Part shown: positions 1-9,300 of the stretch, piece by piece
How positions within the stretch are numbered: position 1 is the first letter of the stretch
Layout: each line of letters starts with the position of its first letter
Origin: an uncultured Sphingopyxis sp.
Lineage (GTDB): Bacteria > Pseudomonadota > Alphaproteobacteria > Sphingomonadales > Sphingomonadaceae
Direction: 5' to 3'
DNA: 64,000 nucleotides
Assembly (NCBI GenBank): GCA_964542975.1
Contig: CAZIVW010000006.1
Span: 22,937-86,936, forward strand
The notes under the pieces: model-generated
Database searches by the model: none
Told to the model about the DNA's origin: nothing
Seen by the model: only the letters and a program-made list of their open reading frames with translations
Position numbers and translations under genes: made by a program

Positions 1-665
1 TCCGCCATCCATGTGCTGGGCGGCGGCGGCGCTGGCGCGTCACCCGCGGGTAAATTGGTGCCAATTTGTGGCAAATCGGGGTTGCTGGCATCCAGCGTGC
101 AATGCCCCATGGCGGCATGTTCGGCCGTGCAACTGGCGGTGCCAGCCTGAACAGCGGCATGGTCGTCTGCATGGTCGCCTGCATGGTCGTCGACTTTGAC
201 ATCGGCCACCGCGCCATGACCAGCATGACCGCTATGATCGCCATCATCGGTCTTGGGTTGGGCCTTGGCAGGTGCGGAATGCGCATCATGTTCCTCGGCC
301 TTGGCGGGCAAAGTGCAATGCCCCATCGCCGCATGTTCTGCGGTGCAAGTGGGTGCGGGTGCGGCTGCCTGCGCCTTCTGTGCCCCATGGCCGCCATGCG
401 CTTGATGCGATGCGTCATCGTGCGCGCCATGGCCTTGATGTTGGCCTTGATGCGCGCTGTGATCCTCGGCCTTTGGCGTCAGGGTGCAATGACCCATGGC
501 CGCATGTTCGGCGGTGCAACTGGGGGCGCTGGCCGCAGGCTTTGCGCCATGGTCCACATGTGCGCCATGCCCATCATGTCCCGAACCATGGCTCTGCGCG
601 GCAACAGGCACGGCAAAGGCCAGCATCGAAATTCCACCCATCAGGGTCAAAGACAGATATTTCAT
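1..665 (-). CDS. copB: Copper resistance protein B, N-terminal part (runs off window start)
   Basis: Not in the ORF track. ATG at 663-665 overlaps the copA stop; manual translation MKYLSLTLMGGISMLAFAVPVAAQSHGSGHDGH... gives a signal peptide, His-rich linker and three CTAEHAAMGHC repeats; directly downstream of copA. Confidence 0.85.
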   Translation of the reverse strand, partial: MKYLSLTLMGGISMLAFAVPVAAQSHGSGHDGHGAHVDHGAKPAASAPSCTAEHAAMGHCTLTPKAEDHSAHQGQHQGHGAHDDASHQAHGGHGAQKAQAAAPAPTCTAEHAAMGHCTLPAKAEEHDAHSAPAKAQPKTDDGDHSGHAGHGAVADVKVDDHAGDHADDHAAVQAGTASCTAEHAAMGHCTLDASNPDLPQIGTNLPAGDAPAPPPPSTWMA

Positions 666-2410
666 GCCTCTTCTCCCTTCGGACGAACGCTGACAACGCG
701 CATCATTCCGGCGTGCATATGATAGAGTAAATGACAGTGGAACGCCCAATCCCCCAGCGCATCGGCGGTAAAGTCAAAGCTGGCGGTTCCACCCGGTTGA
801 ACAATGACCGTATGCTTGCGCGGCGAATGGTCGCCCTTGCCCGTCACCAATTCAAAGAAATGGCCGTGCAAATGAATGGGGTGGCTCATCATCGATTGGT
901 TGATCAAATTCACCCGCACCCGTTCGCCTTCGATAAAGGGAATGGCTTCGTGATGATCCGACATTTTCACCCCGTCGAACGACCACATAAACCGTTCCAT
1001 ATTGCCGGTCAGGTGGATGTCCAGCGAACGGCTGGGCGCGCGCACATCGGGGTTGGGTTCCAACGATACCAAGTCATGATAGGTCAGCACCTGATGCCCC
1101 ACATTTTCCAAGCCTTGGCCGGGTTCATGCATCCGGTCGACGGGCATGGGCGAAATCGCCTGCACGCTGGGGTCGCGCTTCACTTGTGGAGCAAGGCTGA
1201 AATCGCGCATGCCATGGTCCATGCCGCCGCCGGAACTGTCGCCGCCCACGGTGCAATGGCCCATCGCTTCATGTTCAGGGGTGCAATCACTGCCCGACAT
1301 ATCGCCCATGCCCATATCTTTCATGGTCGCCAGCGGCCTTTCACGCAGCGCCGGAACAGGCGCTACCATGCCTGCACGCGGGGCCAAGGTCGCCCGCGCC
1401 ATGCCACTACGGTCGTTCATTTCCGCCACAAATGTATAGGCTTGGTCTTCGGTCGGCGTGATGATCACATCATAGGTTTCGGCCACACCGATTTGAAATT
1501 CATCGACTTCTACGGGGCGCACATGCAATCCATCGGCCTGAACCACGGTCATCCGCAGGCCTGGAATACGCACGTTAAAAATCGACATGGACGATGCGTT
1601 GATAATCCGCAAACGCACCCGTTCACCGGGGCGGAACAGGCCGGTCCAATTGTCCTTGGGACCATAGCCATTGACCAAAAATTCCAAAATCGACCCGTTC
1701 ACATCCGCCACGTCGGTCGGGTCCATCCGCATTTTGCCCCACGCCAACCGTTCGGACAAAGACAGGCCTTTGCCCTTAATCAGATCCATGAACGTCTGAC
1801 GCTGCATGTTCCAATGGCCGTGGCTGACCTTCATCTTGCGAAAAATTTCATAAGGCGACAGGTGGCTGTGGTCCGACAACACCATCACATGTTCACGGTC
1901 ATAGGCCACGGGATCAACGCCCGCCGGATCGATAACGATCGGCCCATAATGGCCCAAAGCTTCCTGCAACCCGCTATGGCTATGATACCAATAGGTGCCA
2001 TTTTGCACGATCGGAAATTCATAGGTGAAGGATGATTTCGGCTTAATCCCCGGAAAGCTCACCCCCGGTACGCCGTCCATATGAAATGGCAAAATCAGGC
2101 CGTGCCAATGGATGGAGCTATCCTCATCCAAATCATTGATCACCTTCAGGCGGACATTTTGCCCTTCCTTCAGGCGCACCAACGGCGCAGGAATGGTGCC
2201 GTTCACGCCAATGGCCTTGGCCACCATGCCATCAATACGGATTTTCTGTTCCGCGATGCGCAGCGTGATATCATCACCGCTGACGGTCGGCAGGGTCGAG
2301 GGAAGTCCCTGAGACACGGGCTGCGCCCATGCCGGATAATGCGCCGCGAGCGCGGCCATCGCGCCTCCCCCAAGGGCAGCACTTGCAAAACGACGCCTGT
2401 CCAACTGCAT
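662..2410 (-). CDS. copA: CopA-family multicopper oxidase, Tat-exported
   Basis: Tat signal MQLDRRRF; MCO motifs HWHG, WYHSH, HPIHLHGH, HCHLLYHMHAGM; start moved to ATG 2408-2410 behind a GGAG RBS. Confidence 0.95.
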   Translation of the reverse strand: MQLDRRRFASAALGGGAMAALAAHYPAWAQPVSQGLPSTLPTVSGDDITLRIAEQKIRIDGMVAKAIGVNGTIPAPLVRLKEGQNVRLKVINDLDEDSSIHWHGLILPFHMDGVPGVSFPGIKPKSSFTYEFPIVQNGTYWYHSHSGLQEALGHYGPIVIDPAGVDPVAYDREHVMVLSDHSHLSPYEIFRKMKVSHGHWNMQRQTFMDLIKGKGLSLSERLAWGKMRMDPTDVADVNGSILEFLVNGYGPKDNWTGLFRPGERVRLRIINASSMSIFNVRIPGLRMTVVQADGLHVRPVEVDEFQIGVAETYDVIITPTEDQAYTFVAEMNDRSGMARATLAPRAGMVAPVPALRERPLATMKDMGMGDMSGSDCTPEHEAMGHCTVGGDSSGGGMDHGMRDFSLAPQVKRDPSVQAISPMPVDRMHEPGQGLENVGHQVLTYHDLVSLEPNPDVRAPSRSLDIHLTGNMERFMWSFDGVKMSDHHEAIPFIEGERVRVNLINQSMMSHPIHLHGHFFELVTGKGDHSPRKHTVIVQPGGTASFDFTADALGDWAFHCHLLYHMHAGMMRVVSVRPKGEEA

Positions 2411-2445
2411 AGAAATGGAAACTCTCCTGATAATCTGTGCAAGAA

Positions 2446-2470
2446 TACGCAGGCGGCGCCGCGACCCCTC
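2446..2470 (-). promoter_or_regulatory. Putative CnrH-type ECF promoter of copAB (GAGGG-N16-CGTA)
   Basis: Same motif and spacing found at 3814-3838 (-) and 3865-3889 (+). Confidence 0.65.
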
Positions 2471-2503
2471 ATGCCAAGCGGCCAAAAACAGCCGAGAGAT
2501 GGG

Positions 2504-3073
2504 CTAGGACAAATCGCCCAACTGTTCGCGCATCCGCAATCGCGCGCGATAAAGGCGGGTTTCGATAGTCTTTTCGCTGACGCCCAAAATTTTTGCAGCC
2601 TCGGCCTGTGACATTTCATCAATCGCGCGCAAAATCAGCACTTCGCGCAATTTGTCTGGCAAAGCATTCATCGCCCGGCGCACCTGCTCAACCTGCCCGC
2701 GCCCACTCAATTCTTCGTCTGGCAAAGGCTCTGCGCTGGCAACATCAAAGGCTTTTTCCAGCGGCAACGCCGCCGAAAAAAAGGCCCGAACCTTGCGTCG
2801 CCGTGCCCAATCGCGACACTTATTGACCGCAATACGGCTCATCCACACGCGAAACGCGCGGCTGTCATCATAACGATCAATGGCCGCAAAAGCCGATACA
2901 AAAGCCTCTTGCACCAAATCCAGCGCCTCGTCCGGATCACCGATATAATTGCAAATGAGGCGATAAATCGGGGCCTTATATCGGGTTAAAAATTCCCGAT
3001 AAGCCAATTGCCTGCCCATCCGTGCATGGCTGGCCAGTTGCGCGTCCGTTAATCTCGAAAAATCAACCGTCAC
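2504..3073 (-). CDS. ECF sigma-70 factor (CnrH/NccH-like)
   Basis: Region 2 (DLVQEAF...FRVWMSRIAVNKCRD) and region 4 HTH (EAAKILGVSEKTIETRLYRAR); follows sensor and anti-sigma genes. Confidence 0.9.
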   Translation of the reverse strand: MTVDFSRLTDAQLASHARMGRQLAYREFLTRYKAPIYRLICNYIGDPDEALDLVQEAFVSAFAAIDRYDDSRAFRVWMSRIAVNKCRDWARRRKVRAFFSAALPLEKAFDVASAEPLPDEELSGRGQVEQVRRAMNALPDKLREVLILRAIDEMSQAEAAKILGVSEKTIETRLYRARLRMREQLGDLS

Positions 3074-3519
3074 TGCATATCAGTGGTCAAGGCCTCGACC
3101 ACAATTTTGTCAAACTGCCCTGCTTGCTGTTCATCCAACACATCGCGCATGGCAAAAAGATATTGCAGCGTTTCCTTCTGCAAATCGCCCATCAATCGAT
3201 GGGTTTCATCAATGGCATCCGTCACTTGCGGGCCATAGCCATGTTCCAATTGAATGCCGATGGCCAAACGTTCATTGGCTTCGCGCATCTGCTTTTCCAG
3301 CAATTTGCGCCGCAGGTTAAACGCGGACTCCACGCTCGCCAACTCTGCACGCTGGTCCGGCTGCAATTGCAGTTCATCATATAATTTGGCGTGCAATTCA
3401 AATTGGCTATGATCCGGCTTGTCGGTCAACGCTCGGCCAACCCAGACGCCCGATGCGGCGGCCAAAAAAGCCACAACCGCCACCAATGCCACTAGCAAAA
3501 CCTGTCTTTTGGGCGCCAT
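3070..3519 (-). CDS. Periplasmic heavy-metal sensor (CnrX/NccX-like)
   Basis: N-terminal TM, helical hairpin with H/E/M ligands (ELHAKLYDEL...HRLMGDLQKETLQYLFAMR). Confidence 0.85.
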   Translation of the reverse strand: MAPKRQVLLVALVAVVAFLAAASGVWVGRALTDKPDHSQFELHAKLYDELQLQPDQRAELASVESAFNLRRKLLEKQMREANERLAIGIQLEHGYGPQVTDAIDETHRLMGDLQKETLQYLFAMRDVLDEQQAGQFDKIVVEALTTDMQ

Positions 3520-3785
3520 CAGTTACGGTCCGCCATGCCAACTTGCGTCAATGGCGTGTGCGGCACCAACAAGGTCAAGGGGCTGGCAGCTTCGGCGGGC
3601 GCAGGCAAAGCCGCACCAGCGACAACACCGCCGCCCATCGAAATAAAGGCCGCAAAGACCATCATGCGGCGCATCGCCTTGGCTTCCTTGCGGCGCATCA
3701 GCGCGTCCGCGACAATCACATCGTCCAAGCCTGCCAATTCTGTCGGCAAATCCGTCACACGCAAAATTTTCAAATCATGGTCCAT
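3519..3785 (-). CDS. CnrY/NccY-like anti-sigma factor
   Basis: 88 aa, one TM, C-terminal SPLTLLVPHTP; first gene of a YXH-type arrangement. Confidence 0.7.
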   Translation of the reverse strand: MDHDLKILRVTDLPTELAGLDDVIVADALMRRKEAKAMRRMMVFAAFISMGGGVVAGAALPAPAEAASPLTLLVPHTPLTQVGMADRN

Positions 3786-3813
3786 AAACGTCTCACTTGC
3801 CCCCTTCCCACTC

Positions 3814-3838
3814 TACGCAGCCCACAGCCATCGCCCCT
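3814..3838 (-). promoter_or_regulatory. Putative ECF promoter of the cnrYXH-like operon (AGGGG-N16-CGTA)
   Basis: Motif shared with the copA and copC upstream regions. Confidence 0.6.
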
Positions 3839-3864
3839 TATAAAAAACGACGAAATGACGGGTT

Positions 3865-3889
3865 GAGGGTAATTTCCCCCTTTCGCGTA
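3865..3889 (+). promoter_or_regulatory. Putative ECF promoter of copC (GAGGG-N16-CGTA)
   Basis: Motif shared with the copA and cnrY upstream regions. Confidence 0.6.
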
Positions 3890-3929
3890 TTATCAGCACA
3901 GCGCAAAAACGCCGAGCAAAAATCAAGGA

Positions 3930-4322
3930 ATGGAAAAAATATTGTCACGCACCTTTGCTGCCATCGCTACATCGCTTCTCTTGCTGGGCGTGAGTGTTCC
4001 TGCAGACGCACGGCTTGCCGTCGCCAGTGCACGACCCGCTGCCAACAGCACGGCGACCAAGGTGACATCCTTGTCCCTGCAATTTAACGAAACCATTATT
4101 CCATCCTCGCTGCGCACAGAATTGGTCATGACCGCCATGCCCGGCATGACCGACCATCCGCCGATGAAAATGCGCACGACATCGGCCATTGGCCGCGACA
4201 GTCGCTCCTTGACGATGACGCTGAAACGTCCACTCGTGCCCGGCACCTATCGCGTCAGTTGGACAGCGACCGCAGCGGGCGGCCAACCCACATCGGGCCA
4301 ATATAGCTTCACGGTTCGATAA
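3930..4322 (+). CDS. copC: CopC-family periplasmic copper-binding protein
   Basis: Signal peptide; PAANST, LQFNE, Met motif MTAMPGMTDHPPM, GTYRVSW...GQYSFTV. Confidence 0.85.
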   Translation: MEKILSRTFAAIATSLLLLGVSVPADARLAVASARPAANSTATKVTSLSLQFNETIIPSSLRTELVMTAMPGMTDHPPMKMRTTSAIGRDSRSLTMTLKRPLVPGTYRVSWTATAAGGQPTSGQYSFTVR

Positions 4323-4599
4323 CATATTTAGAAATCAGATAATTTTCTGCCGCACCATCTTGTCTATACATAAAAACGACATGGATGATGCGGCAGCATC
4401 ATCAAAAGATACTATTCTATATATTTTGATGTTGCCAATTAGTCACATATAATCGCCACATTGCAGCAAATTTACATCACTTCATTGACCCCCCGCACCC
4501 CCTGCCCCTAGAGGCACGCCGGTCAGCCCAAGATATGGCACGGCAAATCCTGCCGAGCCGCTTGCGTTGGCACCATTATCCATTCGGGGGAATATCATC

Positions 4600-5184
4600 A
4601 TGACGAAATTCGCACTGGCATTGCTCGCTTCGGTTGCCATCACCGGCACCGCGCATGCCGAAACATTCGAAGGTCCTTATGTTGGCGTGGCCGCTGTTCG
4701 CGATGCCTATGAAATCAAGGGCGATCTGCTCGGCGACGTCCAGATCGACGGCCTCAGCGCCAATGGCTATGGCGCCGCACTTTATGCGGGCTATGACCTG
4801 CCTTTGTCGGCCAATATCTTCGCTGGCCTCGAAGCCAATGCCACGCTGACCAGCGCAGCGCTGACCTTGTCGGAAGATGATTTCAAATCGCAAATCAAGG
4901 CGCGCGAAAGCTTCGGCTTCAGCACGCGCTTGGGCTATAAGGTAACGGACGCAACGGGTATTTATGCCCGCGTTGGTTATCAACGCACCAAATTCAAAGC
5001 GACCATCAGCGACTATGACAGCCGCAATAGCGAAAATAGCACGCAAGAAGCGCTGGTCTATGGTGCAGGCCTCGAAACCGGCCTTGGCAGCAAGACCAGC
5101 CTGCGCGCTGAATATATCATCGAAGATTATGACAGCGCGACCAGCAACAGCAAGCTGAGCGTCGGCATCTCTTATCGTTTCTAA
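4600..5184 (+). CDS. Outer-membrane beta-barrel protein (Omp25/RopB-like)
   Basis: Signal peptide, FEGPYVG, C-terminal GISYRF. Confidence 0.85.
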   Translation: MTKFALALLASVAITGTAHAETFEGPYVGVAAVRDAYEIKGDLLGDVQIDGLSANGYGAALYAGYDLPLSANIFAGLEANATLTSAALTLSEDDFKSQIKARESFGFSTRLGYKVTDATGIYARVGYQRTKFKATISDYDSRNSENSTQEALVYGAGLETGLGSKTSLRAEYIIEDYDSATSNSKLSVGISYRF

Positions 5185-5233
5185 TCCGACCGCGCCTGAT
5201 GGTCGCGATCATACAGCCGAAAGGCTCCTTGCC

Positions 5234-5262
5234 GGAGAGGGCGCCCAATGGGCGCCCTCTTT
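5234..5262. terminator. Hairpin terminator between convergent genes
   Basis: agagggcgccca-a-tgggcgccctct stem. Confidence 0.65.
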
Positions 5263-5303
5263 GCCTTTGGTGGCCACCAATCATGCCGCCGCCTTATGGT
5301 CGC

Positions 5304-5876
5304 TCAGGAAATCAAACCCGCCGTTTGCGCGATCACCCACAAACCGATAATCAAGAATAAAGCCGCCGCAACAAAACGCACCTTGGCCAAATCCACACGC
5401 TGCAACAACGCCTGCCCCAGAAAAATCGCGGGCACATTGGCCAACATCATGCCCAGCGTGGTTCCCGCCGTAACCCACAATAAATCCTGATATTGCGCGC
5501 CCAGTGCAATGGTCGCCACCTGTGTCTTGTCGCCCATTTCCACCAGAAAAAAGGCCACCAAGGTGGTCAAAAACGCACCCGAACGATTTTTCGGCGCATC
5601 ATCATCTTCAAATTTATCGGGGATCAAAGTCCAAGCCGCCATCGCGACAAAGGCAATGCCAACGGCATAGCGGAAATATTCGCTGTCCAACAGCGACGCC
5701 GCCTTCACCCCCACCAACGCCGCCAAGGCATGATTGGCGATTGTCGCAACAAAAATACCCAAGATGATCGGCACAGGCTTTCGAAAGCGCGTAGCCAGCA
5801 AAATCGCCAATAATTGCGTCTTGTCGCCTATTTCGGCCAGCGCCACCACAGCGGCTGATGTCGTAAATGCATCCAT
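5304..5876 (-). CDS. TMEM165/GDT1 (UPF0016) Mn2+/Ca2+ transporter
   Basis: Two E-x-G-D-K-T motifs (AEIGDKTQ, VEMGDKTQ), multiple TMs. Confidence 0.93.
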   Translation of the reverse strand: MDAFTTSAAVVALAEIGDKTQLLAILLATRFRKPVPIILGIFVATIANHALAALVGVKAASLLDSEYFRYAVGIAFVAMAAWTLIPDKFEDDDAPKNRSGAFLTTLVAFFLVEMGDKTQVATIALGAQYQDLLWVTAGTTLGMMLANVPAIFLGQALLQRVDLAKVRFVAAALFLIIGLWVIAQTAGLIS

Positions 5877-5949
5877 AAACAGTCCCCGGGCCGGGCGGCA
5901 AATAAACCAATAGACACCTTCTCTCGCCGCCCAGCCCGGACAGAAAGAT

Positions 5950-6075
5950 CGGTGTCATTGGTCTCGCCCAAACGGAAAATCCGTTTCCACTGCACCACGG
6001 CCTCTCGACCGAGTATGTTGACACAGCGGCCCGTTCGGTCACACGAACGGCTGGCTACTCCCCAGATGACCTTTA
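5950..6075 (-). ncRNA. yybP-ykoY manganese riboswitch
   Basis: Minus strand has GGGGAGTAGCCA, GTCAACATACTCGG...CCGTGGTG and GGCGAGACC in order, upstream of a UPF0016 gene. Confidence 0.88.
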
Positions 6076-6354
6076 TTCCCTACCCATGCTGCCTGCCACT
6101 GGCAAGCGAAAAGACATGGGCTGGCCCGTCGCTGCATCAGGCTCTTGACCTGTAACCTGCACCCCATCGTCACTTGCTGCCAGCCCCATTTCGGTCCGCA
6201 CACGGGCATCTTCGGCGTCCAACGCACGGGCACGCTGGGAAATTTCTTCGCTCGCTTTTTCAAAGCGTGTGTCAAAATCGGGCTCGTCAGAACAAGCCGC
6301 CAACAGGCCCAGCATCATACCGCCCACGACCATCCAGCCCAGCCGCATGGTCAA
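6073..6354 (-). CDS. Small hypothetical lipoprotein
   Basis: Lipobox LAAC; overlaps the tamB stop. Confidence 0.7.
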   Translation of the reverse strand: MTMRLGWMVVGGMMLGLLAACSDEPDFDTRFEKASEEISQRARALDAEDARVRTEMGLAASDDGVQVTGQEPDAATGQPMSFRLPVAGSMGRE

Positions 6355-9300
6355 TAATCCTTCCGATAGCGGACGCTCATATTGGTCTGACCAGACCCGC
6401 CCGCTTGGCTCAGGATAGACAAAGCCCGTGTCAGGCTGATTTCCAATTGGGTCGCCGTATATCCGCGCCCATCGGTAATCACCTCTAGGTAAATATCCTT
6501 GGAAATATATTGCCCTGCCGCAATCGCCGTGCCGCGCCCTTCGCTTTCATCCGCGCCCAGCACCCGCAGACGATCAATGCCTGCAACCGATTGCAAAGCG
6601 CCCAAGGGGTTCAAGCCGCCGCCGCCGCTGCGCAAACTGTTGAGCGATGTCGCCAATTGCACCGCTTGCACCGGCGACAGGTTGGTAATGCTTTCGCCAA
6701 ACAAAATGCGCGACACAATTTCGTCCTGCGGCAAGCCGGGAACGCTGCTGAAGCTGATCACCGGATTTTGCGCGCGCCCGCTGACATTGACGCTGACTTC
6801 CACATTTTCGATGGTTTCGGTCGCCACCAATTGAATGGCAGGGTCATAAGCATTGCCGTCGGGGAAGCTGATCCGTCCGGTTTCCAGCGTAAAGCTGCGC
6901 CCCGCAAAACCCAAGGTTCCGCGCACCAATTCCACATCACCGACAATGCGCGGCGTTTCGGTTGTGCCTTGCAAACGGACATCGGCTTGCCATTCGGATT
7001 CCAGCCCCATGCCGCTGACATAAATTTGCTCATTCGCGCGCAAGCGAATGTCCAGCCGGATCAGGTCAAACAAGCCGCCGCCCACATCTTGCAGACGGTC
7101 GCCCGTCACGCGCGCACGGCCCAAGGCGGGCTTGCGGCGCACTCCGGTCAAGCTCGGCACCGACGCCGCGCCTTCGCGGACATATTTATACCGCGCCTCG
7201 GGTATCCGCAAATCGCCAGACAAAAGCGCCGTTTGTCCGGCGGTTTTCACCAGCTCCAACGCGCCCGTGGCCTCTGCCCCCAAATTGTCGCTGCGCGCCA
7301 AACGGGCATTTTTCAAATTGGCGGTGATGTTCATCGGATAGCCTTGCGCCGCCGACAGGCTGATATAGCCGGATGCGTCAATATTGCCATCGCCCGCCTT
7401 GGCCGTCATATTTTCAATCAACAAGCGGTCGCCATTAAAGCGACCCTTCAGGTTCATTCCGGTCAAACGCGTGCCAAAGACTTGGTTTTCATACACCATA
7501 TCCTTGCCATGAATGACCCCTTCCAGACATGGGCTGTTCACAACACACCCAAAATCGGCCGCCACCGCGATCGGCCCGCTGACCGCCTGTTGGGCTGGGC
7601 CAAAGAAGCTATACAGCGTTTCGGCGGGTCCATTATAGCGGAAACCGCCCGCCAAGGGCGATGCCATCAAGCGGGTCGACCAATCCGCACCAGCGCCAAA
7701 TGGGTTCAGCGCCGCTTGCAAACGGCCAATCACCGTTCCGCGTTGCCGCATCACGGCGCGCACATCGCCGCCATCACCCTGCAATTGCGCCACCAAATTC
7801 ATGTCCACCGGCTGGCTAACCGCCACCGCCGTGGTGCGGGTGAAATCGCTGATCGACAAGCGCACATCGGCGGTTGGCATGGCATTGGCCCCCGCTTGCA
7901 CAAAATCAATGCTGCCACTGGCGCGGCCACCCAAGCCCATGTCGGGGTATAGATTGTTCAGCAGGGCCATATTTACGCGGTCCAAGCGGCTTTGCAGCAT
8001 CATACCGTCTTGGCCATATCGACCCGCCACACGGGCGCGGCTGCCACGGCCCAAATTCAGGGTCGTGGGCAATAATTCATATCCAGCGGACTGCACCATG
8101 ATGCGCGCTGGATTTTCGGTGCGGAAATCCACGCCGCTGGCGCGCCCATTCACGGCCATGCGCCACAATCCGGGCGTCAGGTCGCCGTTCAGCGCGACAC
8201 GGAACGGCACGCCGCTAGTGCCTTCCAACAAGGCCTGAACCTTGCCCGACCCATCGCGATAATCCACCTTCGCACGGCCGACCGCGATGTGATAGCTTTG
8301 ATAGCGCGTATCCGCGATCTGCACATCCGCGACCACATGCGGCGTGTCATATAAGGTGACATCGGCGTCGACAATCGCCGACCCAATGGACAGACCCGCC
8401 GCCCCTGGCATCACCACATCATTGGCACGAATATTGCCTTTTGCGGTTTGATATTTTCCGTCCGCACCCAATCGCACGACGCCGCCCATGCCATTTCCGC
8501 TGGCATCCAATTGCCCGACAAAGGGACCGGCAGGGTCTTGCACCAAACGGCCCGCAAAGCCCACGCCCGCCAAATTGGCGCGTTCAATATCAATCGTCAG
8601 CGGGCCTTTCTGCATCAACAGCACGACATCCGCCGCCAAGGGACCATAATCCGTTTCGCCCACCGCATTCAGCCGATATCCGCCGTTTGCGCCTGTCACC
8701 TTGGCCAGCAAATTTTTCAATCCAATGCCCAGCCCCGGACGCTCGGCGCGCAACGTCGCCTGCGGATTGGTGATCGTGCCTGTTACGGCCACATCCAAGG
8801 GACCATAATCCGCACTATTCGCCCGCGCATTCAGCGTCAGTTGCCCGTTCGGCGCATAACTGCCCTGCCCGCCCACCACTTGCAGCTTGGGCGATGTCAT
8901 CCGCAGATTGGAAAAGCGCACAACCCCATCATCACCATAGCGCACGGCGCTGCTGGCGACGACATTGCCGCCGGTCAAATCCTGAACCCCGCTGTTGAAC
9001 AAACGGGTTGACCGCGCTCGCACCGTGCCCGCCAAGGCAAAACCGCGCTTGGTGGTTTCCAAATCCATATCGGTGCTAATGTTAAACACACCAACGCTAT
9101 CAATGCGATAATCATTGATGCGGCCATCAATCGCACCGGTATAAAAGGCCCGATTAAAATCAGCAACAATGATCGCTTTGGCGTCAATGCGCGGCGAACG
9201 CAGGCGTAAATTATCGCTCAGCAAACGCCCGTCCTTATAGGCAAAGTCGCCATCCAGCCGCACATCCACCAAGCTTCCGCCTGCGGCGGTATCCAGCCCG

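Noticed and set aside
66..730. Met/Cys-rich plus-strand ORFs (218 and 152 aa)
   Set aside because: Antisense shadows of the His-rich copB N-terminus
731..2035. 434-aa plus-strand ORF, and similar long antisense ORFs (6510-7952, 22599-23696, 56928-58550)
   Set aside because: Opposite well-supported genes; expected from high-GC codon bias; no motifs
4346..4397. Imperfect inverted repeat after copC
   Set aside because: Most simply a terminator-like hairpin; no other support
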